Source: an uncultured Oscillospiraceae bacterium (GTDB lineage Bacteria; Bacillota; Clostridia; Christensenellales; CAG-138). Taken from it: 64,000 bases of DNA. Below are positions 46,962-57,624 of the stretch, piece by piece. The stretch spans positions 25,669 to 89,668 of the forward strand of contig CAYPKG010000002.1 of assembly GCA_964411275.1 (NCBI GenBank), written 5' to 3'. Below the pieces are notes generated by a model that saw only the letters and a list, made by a program, of their open reading frames with translations, was not told the DNA's origin and did not search any database. How positions within the stretch are numbered: position 1 is the stretch's first letter; every line of letters starts with the position of its first letter. The position numbers were made by a program, and so were the translations under genes.

Positions 46962-47318
46962 TTACGCCCGGGCGGTCTTGGAAAGCTCAGCCAGCTCCTG
47001 GAAGGCGGCCATATCGGTGATGGCGAGATCCGAGAGCACCTTGCGGTTGATTTCCACTCCTGCGAGCTTGAGGCCGTTGATCATACGGCTGTAGGTGGTG
47101 CCGCACAGGCGCGCACCCGCGTTGATACGGGCGATCCACAGGCGGCGGTATTCACGCTTTTTAAGCTTGCGGCCGACATACGCATAAGACAGGGATTTCA
47201 TCACCTGCTGGGATGCGCTGCGGTACTGCTTGCTCTTTGCGCCATAATAGCCCTTGGAGAGCTTCATGACCTTGCGACGTTTTTTAACGGCATTGACTGC
47301 CCTTTTAATTCTGGCCAT
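46962..47318 (-). CDS. rplT: 50S ribosomal protein L20
   Basis: Sequence [25 protein letters not shown]. Confidence 0.98.
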   Translation of the reverse strand: MARIKRAVNAVKKRRKVMKLSKGYYGAKSKQYRSASQQVMKSLSYAYVGRKLKKREYRRLWIARINAGARLCGTTYSRMINGLKLAGVEINRKVLSDLAITDMAAFQELAELSKTARA

Positions 47319-47332
47319 TTCTCTAATCCTCC

Positions 47333-47530
47333 TTACTTATACGGGATGAGCTCGCGCACTTTTTTGGCTTCACACTCGGCTATGTAGCCGCTTTTGCGCA
47401 GGCCACGCAGGCGCTTGGTGGATTTCTTGGTCAGAATGTGGTTCCTGTACGCCTTAGCACGCTTGACTTTACCGCTTTTGGTAAGACTAAAGCGTTTTGC
47501 CGCACCCCGATGGGTTTTGATCTTTGGCAT
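47333..47530 (-). CDS. rpmI: 50S ribosomal protein L35
   Basis: Sequence [24 protein letters not shown]. Confidence 0.97.
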   Translation of the reverse strand: MPKIKTHRGAAKRFSLTKSGKVKRAKAYRNHILTKKSTKRLRGLRKSGYIAECEAKKVRELIPYK

Positions 47531-47608
47531 TGGGGGATTCCTCCTACAAATATTATTACTGCATTGTCCGGCATTGCCCATAGCTTAAGCAAACGCGTTG
47601 AATTTCGC

Positions 47609-48118
47609 TTACTTGGGGCTCAACACCATGAACATGTTGCGTCCTTCCTGCCTGGCAGGACGGTCGATGACGCCGGCTTCTTTGACCATCTCAAAGAACT
47701 TAGCCATGACTTGCAGGCCGATTTCCCCGTGGGTAGCCTGCCTGCCGCGAAAGCGGATGGAAACTTTCACCTTGTCCCCGGCACCGAGGAACTTGATGCA
47801 ATTCTTCGCTTTGACCTCCAGGTCATGCTGGTCGATGGTCGCCGAGAGACGCACTTCCTTGATTTCGATTGTTTTCTGATTTTTGCGCTGTTCCTTCTCG
47901 CGCTTGCTCGCTTCAAACCGGTACTTGCCGTAATCCATGATTTTGCATACCGGGGGAACGGCCTGCGGCGCGATTTTCACAAGATCCAAGCCCCGTTCTT
48001 CCGCCAAGGCTTGTGCGGCCTGATTGGTGACCACGCCCAACTGATCGCCATTCTCGTCGACCAGGCGGACCTCCCGGTCGCGAATGCCCTCGTTGATCAT
48101 CAGATCCTGATTGCTAAT
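47609..48118 (-). CDS. infC: Translation initiation factor IF-3 (ATT start codon)
   Basis: GGAGG RBS then ATT AGC AAT. Motifs INEGIR, VCKIMDYGKY and KVKVSIRFRGR. A non-canonical start is established for infC. Confidence 0.95.
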   Translation of the reverse strand: MSNQDLMINEGIRDREVRLVDENGDQLGVVTNQAAQALAEERGLDLVKIAPQAVPPVCKIMDYGKYRFEASKREKEQRKNQKTIEIKEVRLSATIDQHDLEVKAKNCIKFLGAGDKVKVSIRFRGRQATHGEIGLQVMAKFFEMVKEAGVIDRPARQEGRNMFMVLSPK

Positions 48119-48157
48119 GGTGAAGCACCTCCATATTCTTTCTCGTTCAATTGCGCA

Positions 48158-48292
48158 CAAAAAAATGGGCGCACTGGGCACCCACATCATTCTACCGTTT
48201 CAAACTGACGTTTACAAACCGGTTCCCAGTCAGTATACTGGAACCATTCCTGGCATAATTGCCGGAAGGTGAGAAGCGGGCGCTTCTGCTTG
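48158..48292 (-). ncRNA. Ribosomal protein L20 leader
   Basis: Minus strand AAGCAGAAGCGCCCGCTTCTCACC ... TGTGGGTGCCCAGTGCCCA followed by a T run, upstream of infC-rpmI-rplT. Confidence 0.8.
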
Positions 48293-48401
48293 AACAGATG
48301 TATTATACGGGGTTTTTCTTTGCTTGTCAAGGAATTTTCAGCCATTTTCTCCGGTTAAAACCCCGTATTGCAAAATATATAGAAAAAATATGGAAAAACA
48401 T

Positions 48402-48439
48402 CTTGCATAATTATGCGAAGTTATGTATAATTACACTCA
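48402..48439 (+). promoter_or_regulatory. Tandem ARG boxes (ArgR/AhrC operators)
   Basis: TGCATAATTATGCG and TGTATAATTACAC lie in tandem directly upstream of argG. Confidence 0.7.
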
Positions 48440-48468
48440 ATAAACACGCATGGGAGGCGGAACCTGTT

Positions 48469-49674
48469 ATGGCAAAGGAAAAAGTGATATTGGCGTATTC
48501 CGGCGGACTGGATACTTCCATCATAATCCCCTGGCTAAAAGAGAATTATGATTATGAAGTCATTGCGGTGGCGGCGGACGTAGGGCAGGGGGAGGAGCTT
48601 GAGCCCCTCCATGAAAAGGCGATGAAGACCGGCGCAAGCAAGCTGTATATCGAGGACTTGAAGGACGAATACGTAAAGGACTATATTTTTCCCACCCTGA
48701 AGGCGGGGGCGAAGTATGAAAACAAGTATCTCCTGGGCACGTCTACCGCGCGGCCCTGCATCGCGAAACGGCTTGTGGAAATCGCGAAAAAAGAGGGCGC
48801 GACAGCCATCGCCCACGGCTGCACCGGCAAAGGCAACGATCAAGTGCGCTTTGAGTTGACCATCATGGCCCTGGCGCCTGAAATGAAGATCATCGCCCCC
48901 TGGCGGATTTGGGACATAAAGGGCCGTAGCGAGGAAATCGCGTACGCCAAGGAGCGGGGCATCCCCCTGCAGTTTCGGGCAGAGGAAAGCTATAGCATGG
49001 ACCGGAATATCTGGCATCTGTCCCATGAGGGCCTGGACTTGGAAGACCCTTGGAACGAGCCGCAGAACAGCCTGTATCTCATCTGCAACGCGCCGGAAAA
49101 CGCGCCGGATGAGCCGGATTATATCGAGATCGAGTTTGTAGAGGGCATACCCGTAGCCGTCAACGGCGAGAAGATGAGCCCAGTGGCTCTCCTTGAAAAA
49201 TGCAACGAGCTGGGCGCGAAGCACGGCGTGGGCATCGATGATATGGTGGAAAACCGCCTCGTGGGCATCAAGTGCCGTGGCGTGTATGAAAATCCCGGTG
49301 GAACAATCCTGTATGACGCGCTGCAACAACTGGAGTACATTACCCTCGACCGGGACACCCTCCACTACAAGCAGGCCATGGGCACGAAGTATTCGGAGCT
49401 GGTGTATGACGGCAAATGGTTTACCCCGCTCAAGGACTCTATGGACGCAATGGTGGACGTCATGCAGAAAAACACCACCGGCGTTTCCAAGCTGAAGCTT
49501 TACAAGGGCAAGACATACCACGCCGGCGTGAAGAGCCCGTACTCCCTGTACAACCCGGACTTTGCCACGTTTGAAGAGGATGAGGTGTACAACCAGAAGG
49601 ACGCGGAGGGCTTCATCAACCTCTTTGGTCTGCCGCTCAAGGTGCGGGCCATGATGGAAAAGGCAAACAAATAA
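48469..49674 (+). CDS. argG: Argininosuccinate synthase
   Basis: Motifs [36 protein letters not shown] and [14 protein letters not shown]. Confidence 0.98.
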   Translation: MAKEKVILAYSGGLDTSIIIPWLKENYDYEVIAVAADVGQGEELEPLHEKAMKTGASKLYIEDLKDEYVKDYIFPTLKAGAKYENKYLLGTSTARPCIAKRLVEIAKKEGATAIAHGCTGKGNDQVRFELTIMALAPEMKIIAPWRIWDIKGRSEEIAYAKERGIPLQFRAEESYSMDRNIWHLSHEGLDLEDPWNEPQNSLYLICNAPENAPDEPDYIEIEFVEGIPVAVNGEKMSPVALLEKCNELGAKHGVGIDDMVENRLVGIKCRGVYENPGGTILYDALQQLEYITLDRDTLHYKQAMGTKYSELVYDGKWFTPLKDSMDAMVDVMQKNTTGVSKLKLYKGKTYHAGVKSPYSLYNPDFATFEEDEVYNQKDAEGFINLFGLPLKVRAMMEKANK

Positions 49675-49755
49675 GCGGTTTTGGGCCGCAGCTAAAAAGG
49701 GCCTTTGATAAAAGGCCCTTATGCATATAGAGGTATTGAGTTCGGAGGGAATACG

Positions 49756-51150
49756 ATGGCGGAAGATAAAAAGCTCTGGGGCGGCCGGTTTCAAAAGGCC
49801 GCGGACAAAACGATGGACGATTTTCACTCCTCCATCAGCGTGGACCAGCGCATGGCCCGGGAGGATATTTTAGGCTCCATTGCCCACGCGACGATGCTGG
49901 GAAACCAGGGGATTATACAACAAGCGGACGCGGAGGCCATCGTCAAAGGCCTGACCGGCATTCTTGACGATGTGGAGGCCGGGAATGTGGAATTTTTGAA
50001 GAGCGCTGAGGACATCCACATGAACGTGGAAAAGCTTTTGACCGACCGCATCGGCGAGGCGGGGAAGCGGGTACACACCGGCCGCAGCCGAAACGATCAG
50101 GTAGCGCTGGACACCAGGCTTTATATGAAGCATGGAATTGATGATACCATCGGGCGGTTGCTCGCCCTGGAACACGCGATACTGGATACGGCGAAAGCCC
50201 ATCTTCATACGATTATGCCGGGATATACCCACATGCAAAAGGCACAGCCCATCACGCTAGCGCACCACCTGATGGCCTATTTCGAGATGTTTCGCCGGGA
50301 TGTGGAGCGGCTTTTCGACTGTAAGCGCCGCACGGACTTCATGCCCCTGGGCGCGGGGGCGCTGGCGGGCAGCACATATCCTCTCGACCGGGAGGCGGTA
50401 AAAAACGCCCTTGGGTTTTCCGCGATCACCCGCAACAGCCTTGACAGCGTCAGCGACCGGGATTTTTGCATCGAGTACGCCGCCTGCGCGTCCATCATCA
50501 TGATGCATTTGTCCCGCTTTTGCGAGGAGCTGATACTCTGGAACACAGACGAGTTCGGGTTTGTGGAGATGGATGACGCGTATTCCACAGGCTCTTCCAT
50601 CATGCCGCAAAAGAAAAACCCGGATGTGGCGGAGCTGATCCGGGGGAAAACCGGACGGGTGTACGGGGATCTTATGGGGCTGCTGGCAATGATGAAGGGC
50701 CTTCCGCTGGCATACAACAAGGATATGCAGGAGGATAAGGAGGCGCTCTTTGACGCCTTGGATACGGTGAATGGCTGCCTTTTGATGTTCACGAGGATGT
50801 TTTCCAGCATGCGTTTTTCCACGGACGCTATGAGAACCGGCGCGGGGCGCGGGTTTACAAACGCCACGGACGCGGCGGATTATCTGGTGAAAAAAGGAAT
50901 GCCGTTCCGGTCCGCTCATGAAGTCATCGGCAATTTGGTTTTCTATTGCATTGAGGAAAAAAAGGCCATCCACGAGCTGACTTTGCAGGAGCTTAGACGG
51001 TTTTCGACTGCCTTTGACGAGGACGTATTTTCTGCCGTCTCCCTTGCCGCCTGTGTGGCCGGGCGGGAGCTTCCCGGCGGACCCGCGCCCGCGGCGGTGT
51101 ACCTACATATCGAGGAAAGCGCGATTTGGTTGAAAAACTGCGGGGAATAG
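49756..51150 (+). CDS. argH: Argininosuccinate lyase
   Basis: Motifs LWGGRF, HTGRSRNDQVA, GSSIMPQKKNPD and YNKDMQEDK. Confidence 0.98.
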   Translation: MAEDKKLWGGRFQKAADKTMDDFHSSISVDQRMAREDILGSIAHATMLGNQGIIQQADAEAIVKGLTGILDDVEAGNVEFLKSAEDIHMNVEKLLTDRIGEAGKRVHTGRSRNDQVALDTRLYMKHGIDDTIGRLLALEHAILDTAKAHLHTIMPGYTHMQKAQPITLAHHLMAYFEMFRRDVERLFDCKRRTDFMPLGAGALAGSTYPLDREAVKNALGFSAITRNSLDSVSDRDFCIEYAACASIIMMHLSRFCEELILWNTDEFGFVEMDDAYSTGSSIMPQKKNPDVAELIRGKTGRVYGDLMGLLAMMKGLPLAYNKDMQEDKEALFDALDTVNGCLLMFTRMFSSMRFSTDAMRTGAGRGFTNATDAADYLVKKGMPFRSAHEVIGNLVFYCIEEKKAIHELTLQELRRFSTAFDEDVFSAVSLAACVAGRELPGGPAPAAVYLHIEESAIWLKNCGE

Positions 51151-51386
51151 CCATAGATAGCGTTCTTTGGCGGTTTAAGCAAAAAAAGGCACAGAAGGTC
51201 TTTTGTATTTTCCATTTGCTACTTTCTTTGCGGTATTTTTACAATTGCATGCATTTTGTTTTAACTCTATATGTGGTATTCTATTAAAGTAAGGGGAGCC
51301 GAACTCGCGAGATTCGACTTTTCTTACCTTAAAGCAATAATGCATTATTATTTTTCCATACAGCAAATGGAAAGGAGCTTAAGCCT

Positions 51387-52064
51387 ATGGAAGATCATCG
51401 CTATGTTCCAGAGCTAGAAGGCAATCTCAGAAGCCATATGATCAAAGTACCGGAGATCATCAATCAGGCCACCGGTATCAGCATATTTGGCAAGCTCATA
51501 AAATCCCTTGCGTTTACCACGGACGTGGCGATTATTAAAAATATCAACGCCCACGCCATTATTGCGGTATATCCGTTTACCCCCCAGCCATCCATCACCC
51601 ATGCCATCATGGAGGTTGCGGATGTGCCGGTGTTTTGCGGGGTCGGCGGTGGGATTACCGGCGGCAAGCGGACGATTAACATCGCACAGGACGCGGAATT
51701 TCAGGGCGCCATGGGGGTTGTGGTCAACGCGCCCACGCCCAACGAGACGATTGAGGGGTTGAAGCGCATCATCGATATTCCCGTGGTAGCAACCGTGGTA
51801 TCCGAACACACGGACATCAAGGCGCGCCTTGACGCCGGCGTGGATATCTTTAACGTTTCCGGAGGCCAGAAAACCGCTGAAATCGTGCGCATGATCCGGG
51901 CGGAGTATCCGTATGTCCCCATCATCGCCACAGGCGGCGTGTCCGTAGACAGCATTAGCATGACGCTGGAGGCCGGGGCCAACGCGATTACCTATACGCC
52001 TCCCGCCCAGGCGCTGCTGCTAAGAAATATTATGGAAAAATACCGCAGTCAATGGGACGATTAA
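51387..52064 (+). CDS. TIM-barrel-like protein of unknown function (family commonly labelled 'hydrolase')
   Basis: Motifs FTTDVAII, AVYPFTPQP, GVGGGITGG and IIATGG, the last resembling a phosphate-binding motif. Confidence 0.7.
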   Translation: MEDHRYVPELEGNLRSHMIKVPEIINQATGISIFGKLIKSLAFTTDVAIIKNINAHAIIAVYPFTPQPSITHAIMEVADVPVFCGVGGGITGGKRTINIAQDAEFQGAMGVVVNAPTPNETIEGLKRIIDIPVVATVVSEHTDIKARLDAGVDIFNVSGGQKTAEIVRMIRAEYPYVPIIATGGVSVDSISMTLEAGANAITYTPPAQALLLRNIMEKYRSQWDD

Positions 52065-52081
52065 TATTGTAATATTTTTTT

Positions 52082-52108
52082 AAAAAGAGGCCGCGGCCTC
52101 TTTTTTTT
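52082..52108 (+). terminator. Rho-independent terminator
   Basis: aaaaagaggcc-gc-ggcctcttttttt. Confidence 0.75.
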
Positions 52109-52221
52109 GTATTTATTAGAAAAAGATATGTGCATTGATTTCATTTACTAGTAAAAACTCCCGGTCGTGATTTCCCTCCAAGAAACACATACTAAGCGGG
52201 AATTAGAAGGAGGTTCGTCTT

Positions 52222-53931
52222 ATGGACTGGAATATTTTATCTTTTATGATACAATTGGCGATTTTTGGGACGGTGATCGCGATCATTGTGCACCGGAAAA
52301 AAAAGGCCAGCGGTGGTGCGCCCTCCCGCCCGGTGCGCACAGCCCAAAGCAATATGGAGCTGCAAAAGCTGATCGCCATGCGCTCCAAGCGGCTCAACGA
52401 GCCGCTGAGCGAGTCGGTGCGCCCCAATCGCTTTTCAGATATCATCGGTCAGGACGAGGGAATTCGGGCATTGCGTGCGGCGCTTTGCGGCCCCAACCCC
52501 CAGCATGTGCTGATATTCGGGCCTCCGGGCGTGGGAAAAACCTGCGCTGCGCGATTGGTGCTGGAAGAGGCAAAGGCGCGCAAAGATTCGCCCTTTAATG
52601 AGGACAGCAAATTCGTGGAGGTGGACGCCACCTGCGTGCGCTTTGACGAACGGGCAATTGCCGACCCGCTGATGGGCTCCGTGCATGACCCCATTTATCA
52701 GGGGGCTGGGAGTCTCGGCACCCAGGGGGTGCCCCAGCCCAAGCCGGGCGCGGTTTCACGGGCGCACTGCGGGATATTGTTTCTCGACGAGATCGGCGAG
52801 CTGCATCCCATGCAGATGAACAAGCTATTGAAGGTATTGGAGGACCGAAGCGTCAAATTCGAAAGTGCGTATTATTCTTCGGACAACGTAAACATCCCCC
52901 AGCACATCCACGACATATTCCAAAACGGCCTGCCCGCCGATTTCCGGCTGGTGGGGGCTACCACAAGGCGGCCTGAGGAGCTGCCGCCCGCCCTGCGTTC
53001 CCGCTGTCTGGAGCTATATTTTCGGGAGCTGGGCCAACCGGAGCTGGAGCGGATCGCATTGGGCGCCGTCCGCCGCGCGGGGTACGAAATTGACGGCGGC
53101 GCGCTTCATGCGGCGGCTTTGCATGCCCACAGCGGCAGGGATGCGGTGAACATCGTGCAGCTGTGTTGCGGGCTTGCGTATGACGCAGGCAGGCGGGAGG
53201 TTAAGCTTGAGGATGTGGACTGGGTGGTTCGCACCTGCAACTACGCCCCCAGGATGGAGCAGCGCATGCCAAAAGCGCCCCGTATCGGCTGCGCAAGCGG
53301 CTTAGCCGTGGCTGGATCGGGGACGGGGCTTGTGCTGGAAATCGAGTGCCTGGCGGTACCGGTCAAGACGGACAGGCCGGGACGGCTGACCCTCAATGGG
53401 GTGGTGGAGGAGGAAGAACTGGATTTGCGGGATCGGAAGCTAAGGCGCAAGTCCATGGCGATGGGTTCTGTGGAAAATGTGCTGGCAGCCTTTTCCACGG
53501 CGCTGGAGTATGATCTGTCCGGGTATGACGTGCGCTTCAACATTCCCGGCGGCGTTCCAATGGACGGGCCAAGCGCGGGGATCGCCCTGGCCATCGCCCT
53601 TTTTAGCGCCTTGACCCGGCAATGCGCGGAGCATCTCACAGCGGCCACAGGGGAGATTACCATCACCGGCGACGTGCGGCCCGTGGGCGGCGTGCGAGAA
53701 AAGCTGGAGGCGGCCGTAAACGCGGGCGCCCGGCGTGTGCTGATCCCGGCGGACAATTGGGAGGAGGATTTTGCTGGGCTGCCCATACTGGTGCAGCCTG
53801 TCAAACGGCTTCAGGAAGTGCTGTCCCTATCGTTCCTGTCCGGCGGGGTTTTTCCCGGAGCATGGCAGGAACCCGCTGTGGCACAACCCATCTCCCAGCC
53901 GGAGCCGGCATATGCCGCGCTGATTGAATAG
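52222..53931 (+). CDS. lonB: ATP-dependent protease LonB (sporulation type)
   Basis: N-terminal TM helix, Walker A GPPGVGKT, LFLDEIGE, catalytic DGPSAG and GGVREK. Confidence 0.93.
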   Translation: MDWNILSFMIQLAIFGTVIAIIVHRKKKASGGAPSRPVRTAQSNMELQKLIAMRSKRLNEPLSESVRPNRFSDIIGQDEGIRALRAALCGPNPQHVLIFGPPGVGKTCAARLVLEEAKARKDSPFNEDSKFVEVDATCVRFDERAIADPLMGSVHDPIYQGAGSLGTQGVPQPKPGAVSRAHCGILFLDEIGELHPMQMNKLLKVLEDRSVKFESAYYSSDNVNIPQHIHDIFQNGLPADFRLVGATTRRPEELPPALRSRCLELYFRELGQPELERIALGAVRRAGYEIDGGALHAAALHAHSGRDAVNIVQLCCGLAYDAGRREVKLEDVDWVVRTCNYAPRMEQRMPKAPRIGCASGLAVAGSGTGLVLEIECLAVPVKTDRPGRLTLNGVVEEEELDLRDRKLRRKSMAMGSVENVLAAFSTALEYDLSGYDVRFNIPGGVPMDGPSAGIALAIALFSALTRQCAEHLTAATGEITITGDVRPVGGVREKLEAAVNAGARRVLIPADNWEEDFAGLPILVQPVKRLQEVLSLSFLSGGVFPGAWQEPAVAQPISQPEPAYAALIE

Positions 53932-54015
53932 AAAGAAACAACTGCGAAAACGCGTACAGTAATGATTTGCAATGCATTGCTTCACTGGTTATAATGAAAC
54001 CATGAGGTGAAGCAA

Positions 54016-56379
54016 ATGCAGACATTACCGGTAATACCTTTAAGGGGGATCGTGGTCCTGCCTGGTGAGGTAATCCATTGCGACGCGGGTCGCAAAAAAA
54101 CACTTGCGGCCATGCAGGCCGCGGCATCCGGCGACGGCGTCGCTTTTTTCTGCGCACAAAAAGACGCCCAGCGCGCGGAGATTACATTTGACGATTTGAA
54201 CCTGTTCGGAACCATATGTAAAATCAAGCAGGTATTTCGCATACAGGGGGAAGGCCTGCACATGCTGGTGACCGGGCTTGCCCGGGCCAAGGTTTCGGAG
54301 TTTACGGCGGATGCGCCATATTTCGAGGCGGCTGTGGAAAAACCCAAGGACGAGGCGGGAGATCCTTTCGTTGTGGAAGCCATGCGCCGAAGGCTGATCG
54401 ACCGGTTTAATGAGTTTTCCCGGTTAAACGGCAAGCTCACCAGCGATCAGCGCCAGGAGGTGCTGACATTGACCGATGAGGGAGCGCTGACATACGCCAT
54501 CGCGCGGCATACCCTGGCCGCCCAGGAGCAGCGCCAGACCCTCTTGGCGGAGAATGACGTATTAACACGCATGACGCTCCTGGAGGAGATGCTGGAGATG
54601 GAACTGGGGGTATTGCGGGTAGAGCAGCTTTTGTCCCACAAGGTGAAAGAGCGGCTTGAGCGTAACCAGCAGGAATATGTCCTCAGGGAGAAGATAAAGG
54701 TCATTCACGAGGAGCTGGGTGACGATGGCGGCGAGCAGCAGGCCGACGGATACACGAAGCGCATGCGGGAAAAGAACCTCCCTGCCCATGTGCAGGAACG
54801 GCTGGAAAAGGAAATCAAGCGGTTGAGGTCCCTGCCCATGGGCTCACACGAGAGGCCGGTGGCTGAGGGGTATATCGAGTGCATACTGGAGCTTCCATGG
54901 ATGGAGGAGACAAAGGACAACCTCGACATCGCCCATGCCAGGGCGGTACTGGACAAGGATCATTACGGCATGGAAAAGGTCAAGGACAGGATCATTGAAT
55001 ATCTGGCGGTACAGCGGCTGGCTGGAAAGCCAAACGGCCAAATCCTGTGTTTGGCTGGCCCGCCGGGAGTGGGCAAAACATCCATTGCCGCGGCCATCGC
55101 CAAAGCCACTGGACGTAAATTTGTCAGGATGAGCCTGGGCGGCGTGCATGACGAGGCGGAGATCAGAGGCCACCGGCGCACGTATATCGGCGCGATGCCG
55201 GGGCGGGTGATCGCGGCTATGAAGCAGGCGGGCAGCGTAAACCCGGTGATGCTCTTTGACGAAATCGACAAGCTGGGCAATGACCACCGGGGCGACCCTA
55301 CCTCAGCCATGCTAGAGGTGCTGGACAGCGCCCAGAATTTCGCGTTCCAGGATCATTACCTTGAGATGCCTTATGATCTGTCCAAGGCAATGCTCCTGAC
55401 CACCGCCAACAATGTGGACGCCATTCCCGGGCCGCTGCGGAACCGGATGGAGATAATCGACGTTCCAAGCTACCTGGCGCATGAGAAATGTGAAATCGCG
55501 AAACGGCATTTGCTGCCCAGGCAGCTTCAACACAATGGCCTTAAAAAGAGCCAGCTTCGGATTACGGACGGGCAGATCGCCTCCATCATCGATGGATATA
55601 CTAGGGAGGCGGGGGTCCGGGAGCTGGAGCGGGTGCTGGGCTCCATTTGCCGCAAAGCGGCGTGCGAGATCGTAGAAGGCAAAAAACGCGTCACATTGAG
55701 CGGGCAAAAGCTCACGGATTATTTGGGCAGGGTGCGGTATTCCCATGACGAGGCGGAAAAAACGCCTGTTGTTGGGCTTGTCACCGGCCTTGCCTGGACG
55801 GCGGTGGGAGGTAAAACGCTCCGGGTTGAAGCGGCTGTGGCGCCAGGCGGCGGGAGCATTCAGCTCACCGGGCATTTGGGTGACGTGATGCAGGAAAGCG
55901 GCCGTGCGGCCATGACATATGTTCGTGCCCACAGTGGCCAGCTGGGGCTTGCGCCGGATTTTTACCAGAAGCTGGATGTGCACATCCACGTACCGGAGGG
56001 TGCGGTACCCAAAGACGGGCCCAGCGCGGGCGTGACGATGGCCACGGCGCTCCTGAGCGCGTTGGTGGGCATCCCGGTCAATCCTGCCGTCGCCATGACA
56101 GGCGAGATCACACTGGGCGGGCGGGTGCTGCCGATTGGGGGATTGCGCGAAAAGCTGCTGGCAGCTGTCCGGGCAGGGGTGCGCATGGTGGTATTGCCGG
56201 AGGGAAACCGCAAGGATTTGATCGAGGTGCCGGAACATGTGTGCCAGGCGCTGGACATCCGGTTTGTAGAAGGGCTTGACGAGGTATTTGAGCTGGCGCT
56301 GATGCGCATGCCCCAACCTTTTTCCGCCCCGTCCGGCCAGGCACAATATCAGGGCGCGCAGGAAAGCGTGCGCTGTTAA
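54016..56379 (+). CDS. lon: Endopeptidase La
   Basis: Motifs LPVIPLR, GPPGVGKTS, RGHRRTYIGAMPG, PKDGPSAG and GGLREK. Confidence 0.98.
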   Translation: MQTLPVIPLRGIVVLPGEVIHCDAGRKKTLAAMQAAASGDGVAFFCAQKDAQRAEITFDDLNLFGTICKIKQVFRIQGEGLHMLVTGLARAKVSEFTADAPYFEAAVEKPKDEAGDPFVVEAMRRRLIDRFNEFSRLNGKLTSDQRQEVLTLTDEGALTYAIARHTLAAQEQRQTLLAENDVLTRMTLLEEMLEMELGVLRVEQLLSHKVKERLERNQQEYVLREKIKVIHEELGDDGGEQQADGYTKRMREKNLPAHVQERLEKEIKRLRSLPMGSHERPVAEGYIECILELPWMEETKDNLDIAHARAVLDKDHYGMEKVKDRIIEYLAVQRLAGKPNGQILCLAGPPGVGKTSIAAAIAKATGRKFVRMSLGGVHDEAEIRGHRRTYIGAMPGRVIAAMKQAGSVNPVMLFDEIDKLGNDHRGDPTSAMLEVLDSAQNFAFQDHYLEMPYDLSKAMLLTTANNVDAIPGPLRNRMEIIDVPSYLAHEKCEIAKRHLLPRQLQHNGLKKSQLRITDGQIASIIDGYTREAGVRELERVLGSICRKAACEIVEGKKRVTLSGQKLTDYLGRVRYSHDEAEKTPVVGLVTGLAWTAVGGKTLRVEAAVAPGGGSIQLTGHLGDVMQESGRAAMTYVRAHSGQLGLAPDFYQKLDVHIHVPEGAVPKDGPSAGVTMATALLSALVGIPVNPAVAMTGEITLGGRVLPIGGLREKLLAAVRAGVRMVVLPEGNRKDLIEVPEHVCQALDIRFVEGLDEVFELALMRMPQPFSAPSGQAQYQGAQESVRC

Positions 56380-56389
56380 GAGGTTTTGA

Positions 56390-57031
56390 ATGGAAGAAAA
56401 AGAACTGTTTCGGATTAAGCAGGCGGCGTTTGTCACGTCCGTTGGCCCCGGCGGGGAATACCCGCCGGAACTGCCTGCGGAAATTGCGGTGGTGGGCAAG
56501 TCCAACGTGGGCAAGTCAAGCCTCATCAATTCCCTGTGCAACAACAAAAAACTGGCGAAAACCTCCCAAAATCCGGGAAAGACCAGATTGATCAATTATT
56601 TTCTTCTAAACCGGGAATTCTATCTGGTGGATTTGCCGGGTTATGGGTATGCCAAGGCATCCAAAGAACAGCAATTGGCTTGGGGGGAGCTGATAGAACA
56701 ATATCTGTCCTCCGGCCGGGTGACGCATTTATTGCTGTTGTTGGATATTCGCCACGCGCCCTCCGCGGAGGATCGCCAAATGTTTCAATGGATCATATAC
56801 TATGGCATCCCATTTACGCTTGTCGTCACAAAAGCCGACAAACTCACCAGAAGCAAGCAGAAGCAAGCGGCAAATGTGGCAGCGAAAGATTTGGGAGCGC
56901 CGCCGGCGGCCATCGCGTATTCCTCGCAAAGTGCTGTGGGACGGGAAGAATTGGCAGCGCGGTTGGGCGAAATATATGGGGATGCGCTGCAGTTAAAAAA
57001 GGGTATTACAAAATGTGATGAAACTATATGA
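56390..57031 (+). CDS. engB: Ribosome biogenesis GTPase EngB/YsxC
   Basis: Motifs GKSNVGKSSLIN, PGKTRLIN, DLPGYG and TKADK. Confidence 0.96.
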   Translation: MEEKELFRIKQAAFVTSVGPGGEYPPELPAEIAVVGKSNVGKSSLINSLCNNKKLAKTSQNPGKTRLINYFLLNREFYLVDLPGYGYAKASKEQQLAWGELIEQYLSSGRVTHLLLLLDIRHAPSAEDRQMFQWIIYYGIPFTLVVTKADKLTRSKQKQAANVAAKDLGAPPAAIAYSSQSAVGREELAARLGEIYGDALQLKKGITKCDETI

Positions 57032-57040
57032 AAAAACCCC

Positions 57041-57069
57041 TTGACACAGTGATACGCCTTTCGCATAAT
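57041..57069 (+). promoter_or_regulatory. Near-consensus sigmaA promoter
   Basis: TTGACA-17 nt-CATAAT. Confidence 0.75.
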
Positions 57070-57106
57070 ATGGTCAACACCCCAACTAAAATGTGCGAGG
57101 AAATTG

Positions 57107-57514
57107 ATGATGGGTCTGCATAAATGTCCGCGTTGTGAATTAAACTATATTCGGGATGACGAAAAGGTATGCAATGTATGCCGCCGTGATATGAAGGGCG
57201 TACCGGATGCCGACGAACAGGCGCTTTGCATCGAATGCGGGGAAAACCCCGTTGTAAACGGGCGGGATCTTTGCGCGTATTGCCTGCGGGAGCTTCGCCG
57301 CAGGGAAAAGCTTGACAAGCTGATGGAGCATGCGCAGGAGCCGGATGAGCTTACGGAAATCGATGTGGATGAGCTTGACGAGATCGACGTTCCGGTTACC
57401 GGGGATATTCCCAGCGAAGAGCTGCAGGAAATCCATAGGAAGTTTGGGGACGAGGACGACGAGCTTAATTCGGGCGGGGACGATGAGGATGACCAGGAGG
57501 AAGAGGACATATAA
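57107..57514 (+). CDS. Hypothetical protein with two Cys4 motifs and an acidic C-terminus
   Basis: CPRC-x12-CNVC and CIEC-x12-CAYC, followed by an Asp/Glu-rich tail. Confidence 0.8.
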   Translation: MMGLHKCPRCELNYIRDDEKVCNVCRRDMKGVPDADEQALCIECGENPVVNGRDLCAYCLRELRRREKLDKLMEHAQEPDELTEIDVDELDEIDVPVTGDIPSEELQEIHRKFGDEDDELNSGGDDEDDQEEEDI

Positions 57515-57516
57515 TG

Positions 57517-57600
57517 TCCATCGACAAAGCTAAGGCTTTGTCGATGGGGTCACTGCGGTGGGCTTTCCATGCAGCTGCGACCTCGGACGATTGCATCGTC
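57517..57600 (+). repeat. Dispersed palindromic repeat, copy 4 (full length)
   Basis: Matches the reverse complement of 20856-20932 apart from a few substitutions and a short insertion. Confidence 0.9.
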
Positions 57601-57624
57601 TGTCGGTCTTGCCGCATGTAGGGT

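Noticed and set aside
52160-52195. sigmaF promoter for lonB
   Set aside because: A CATACTA -10 is present but the -35 match is poor, so it is not listed as a feature.
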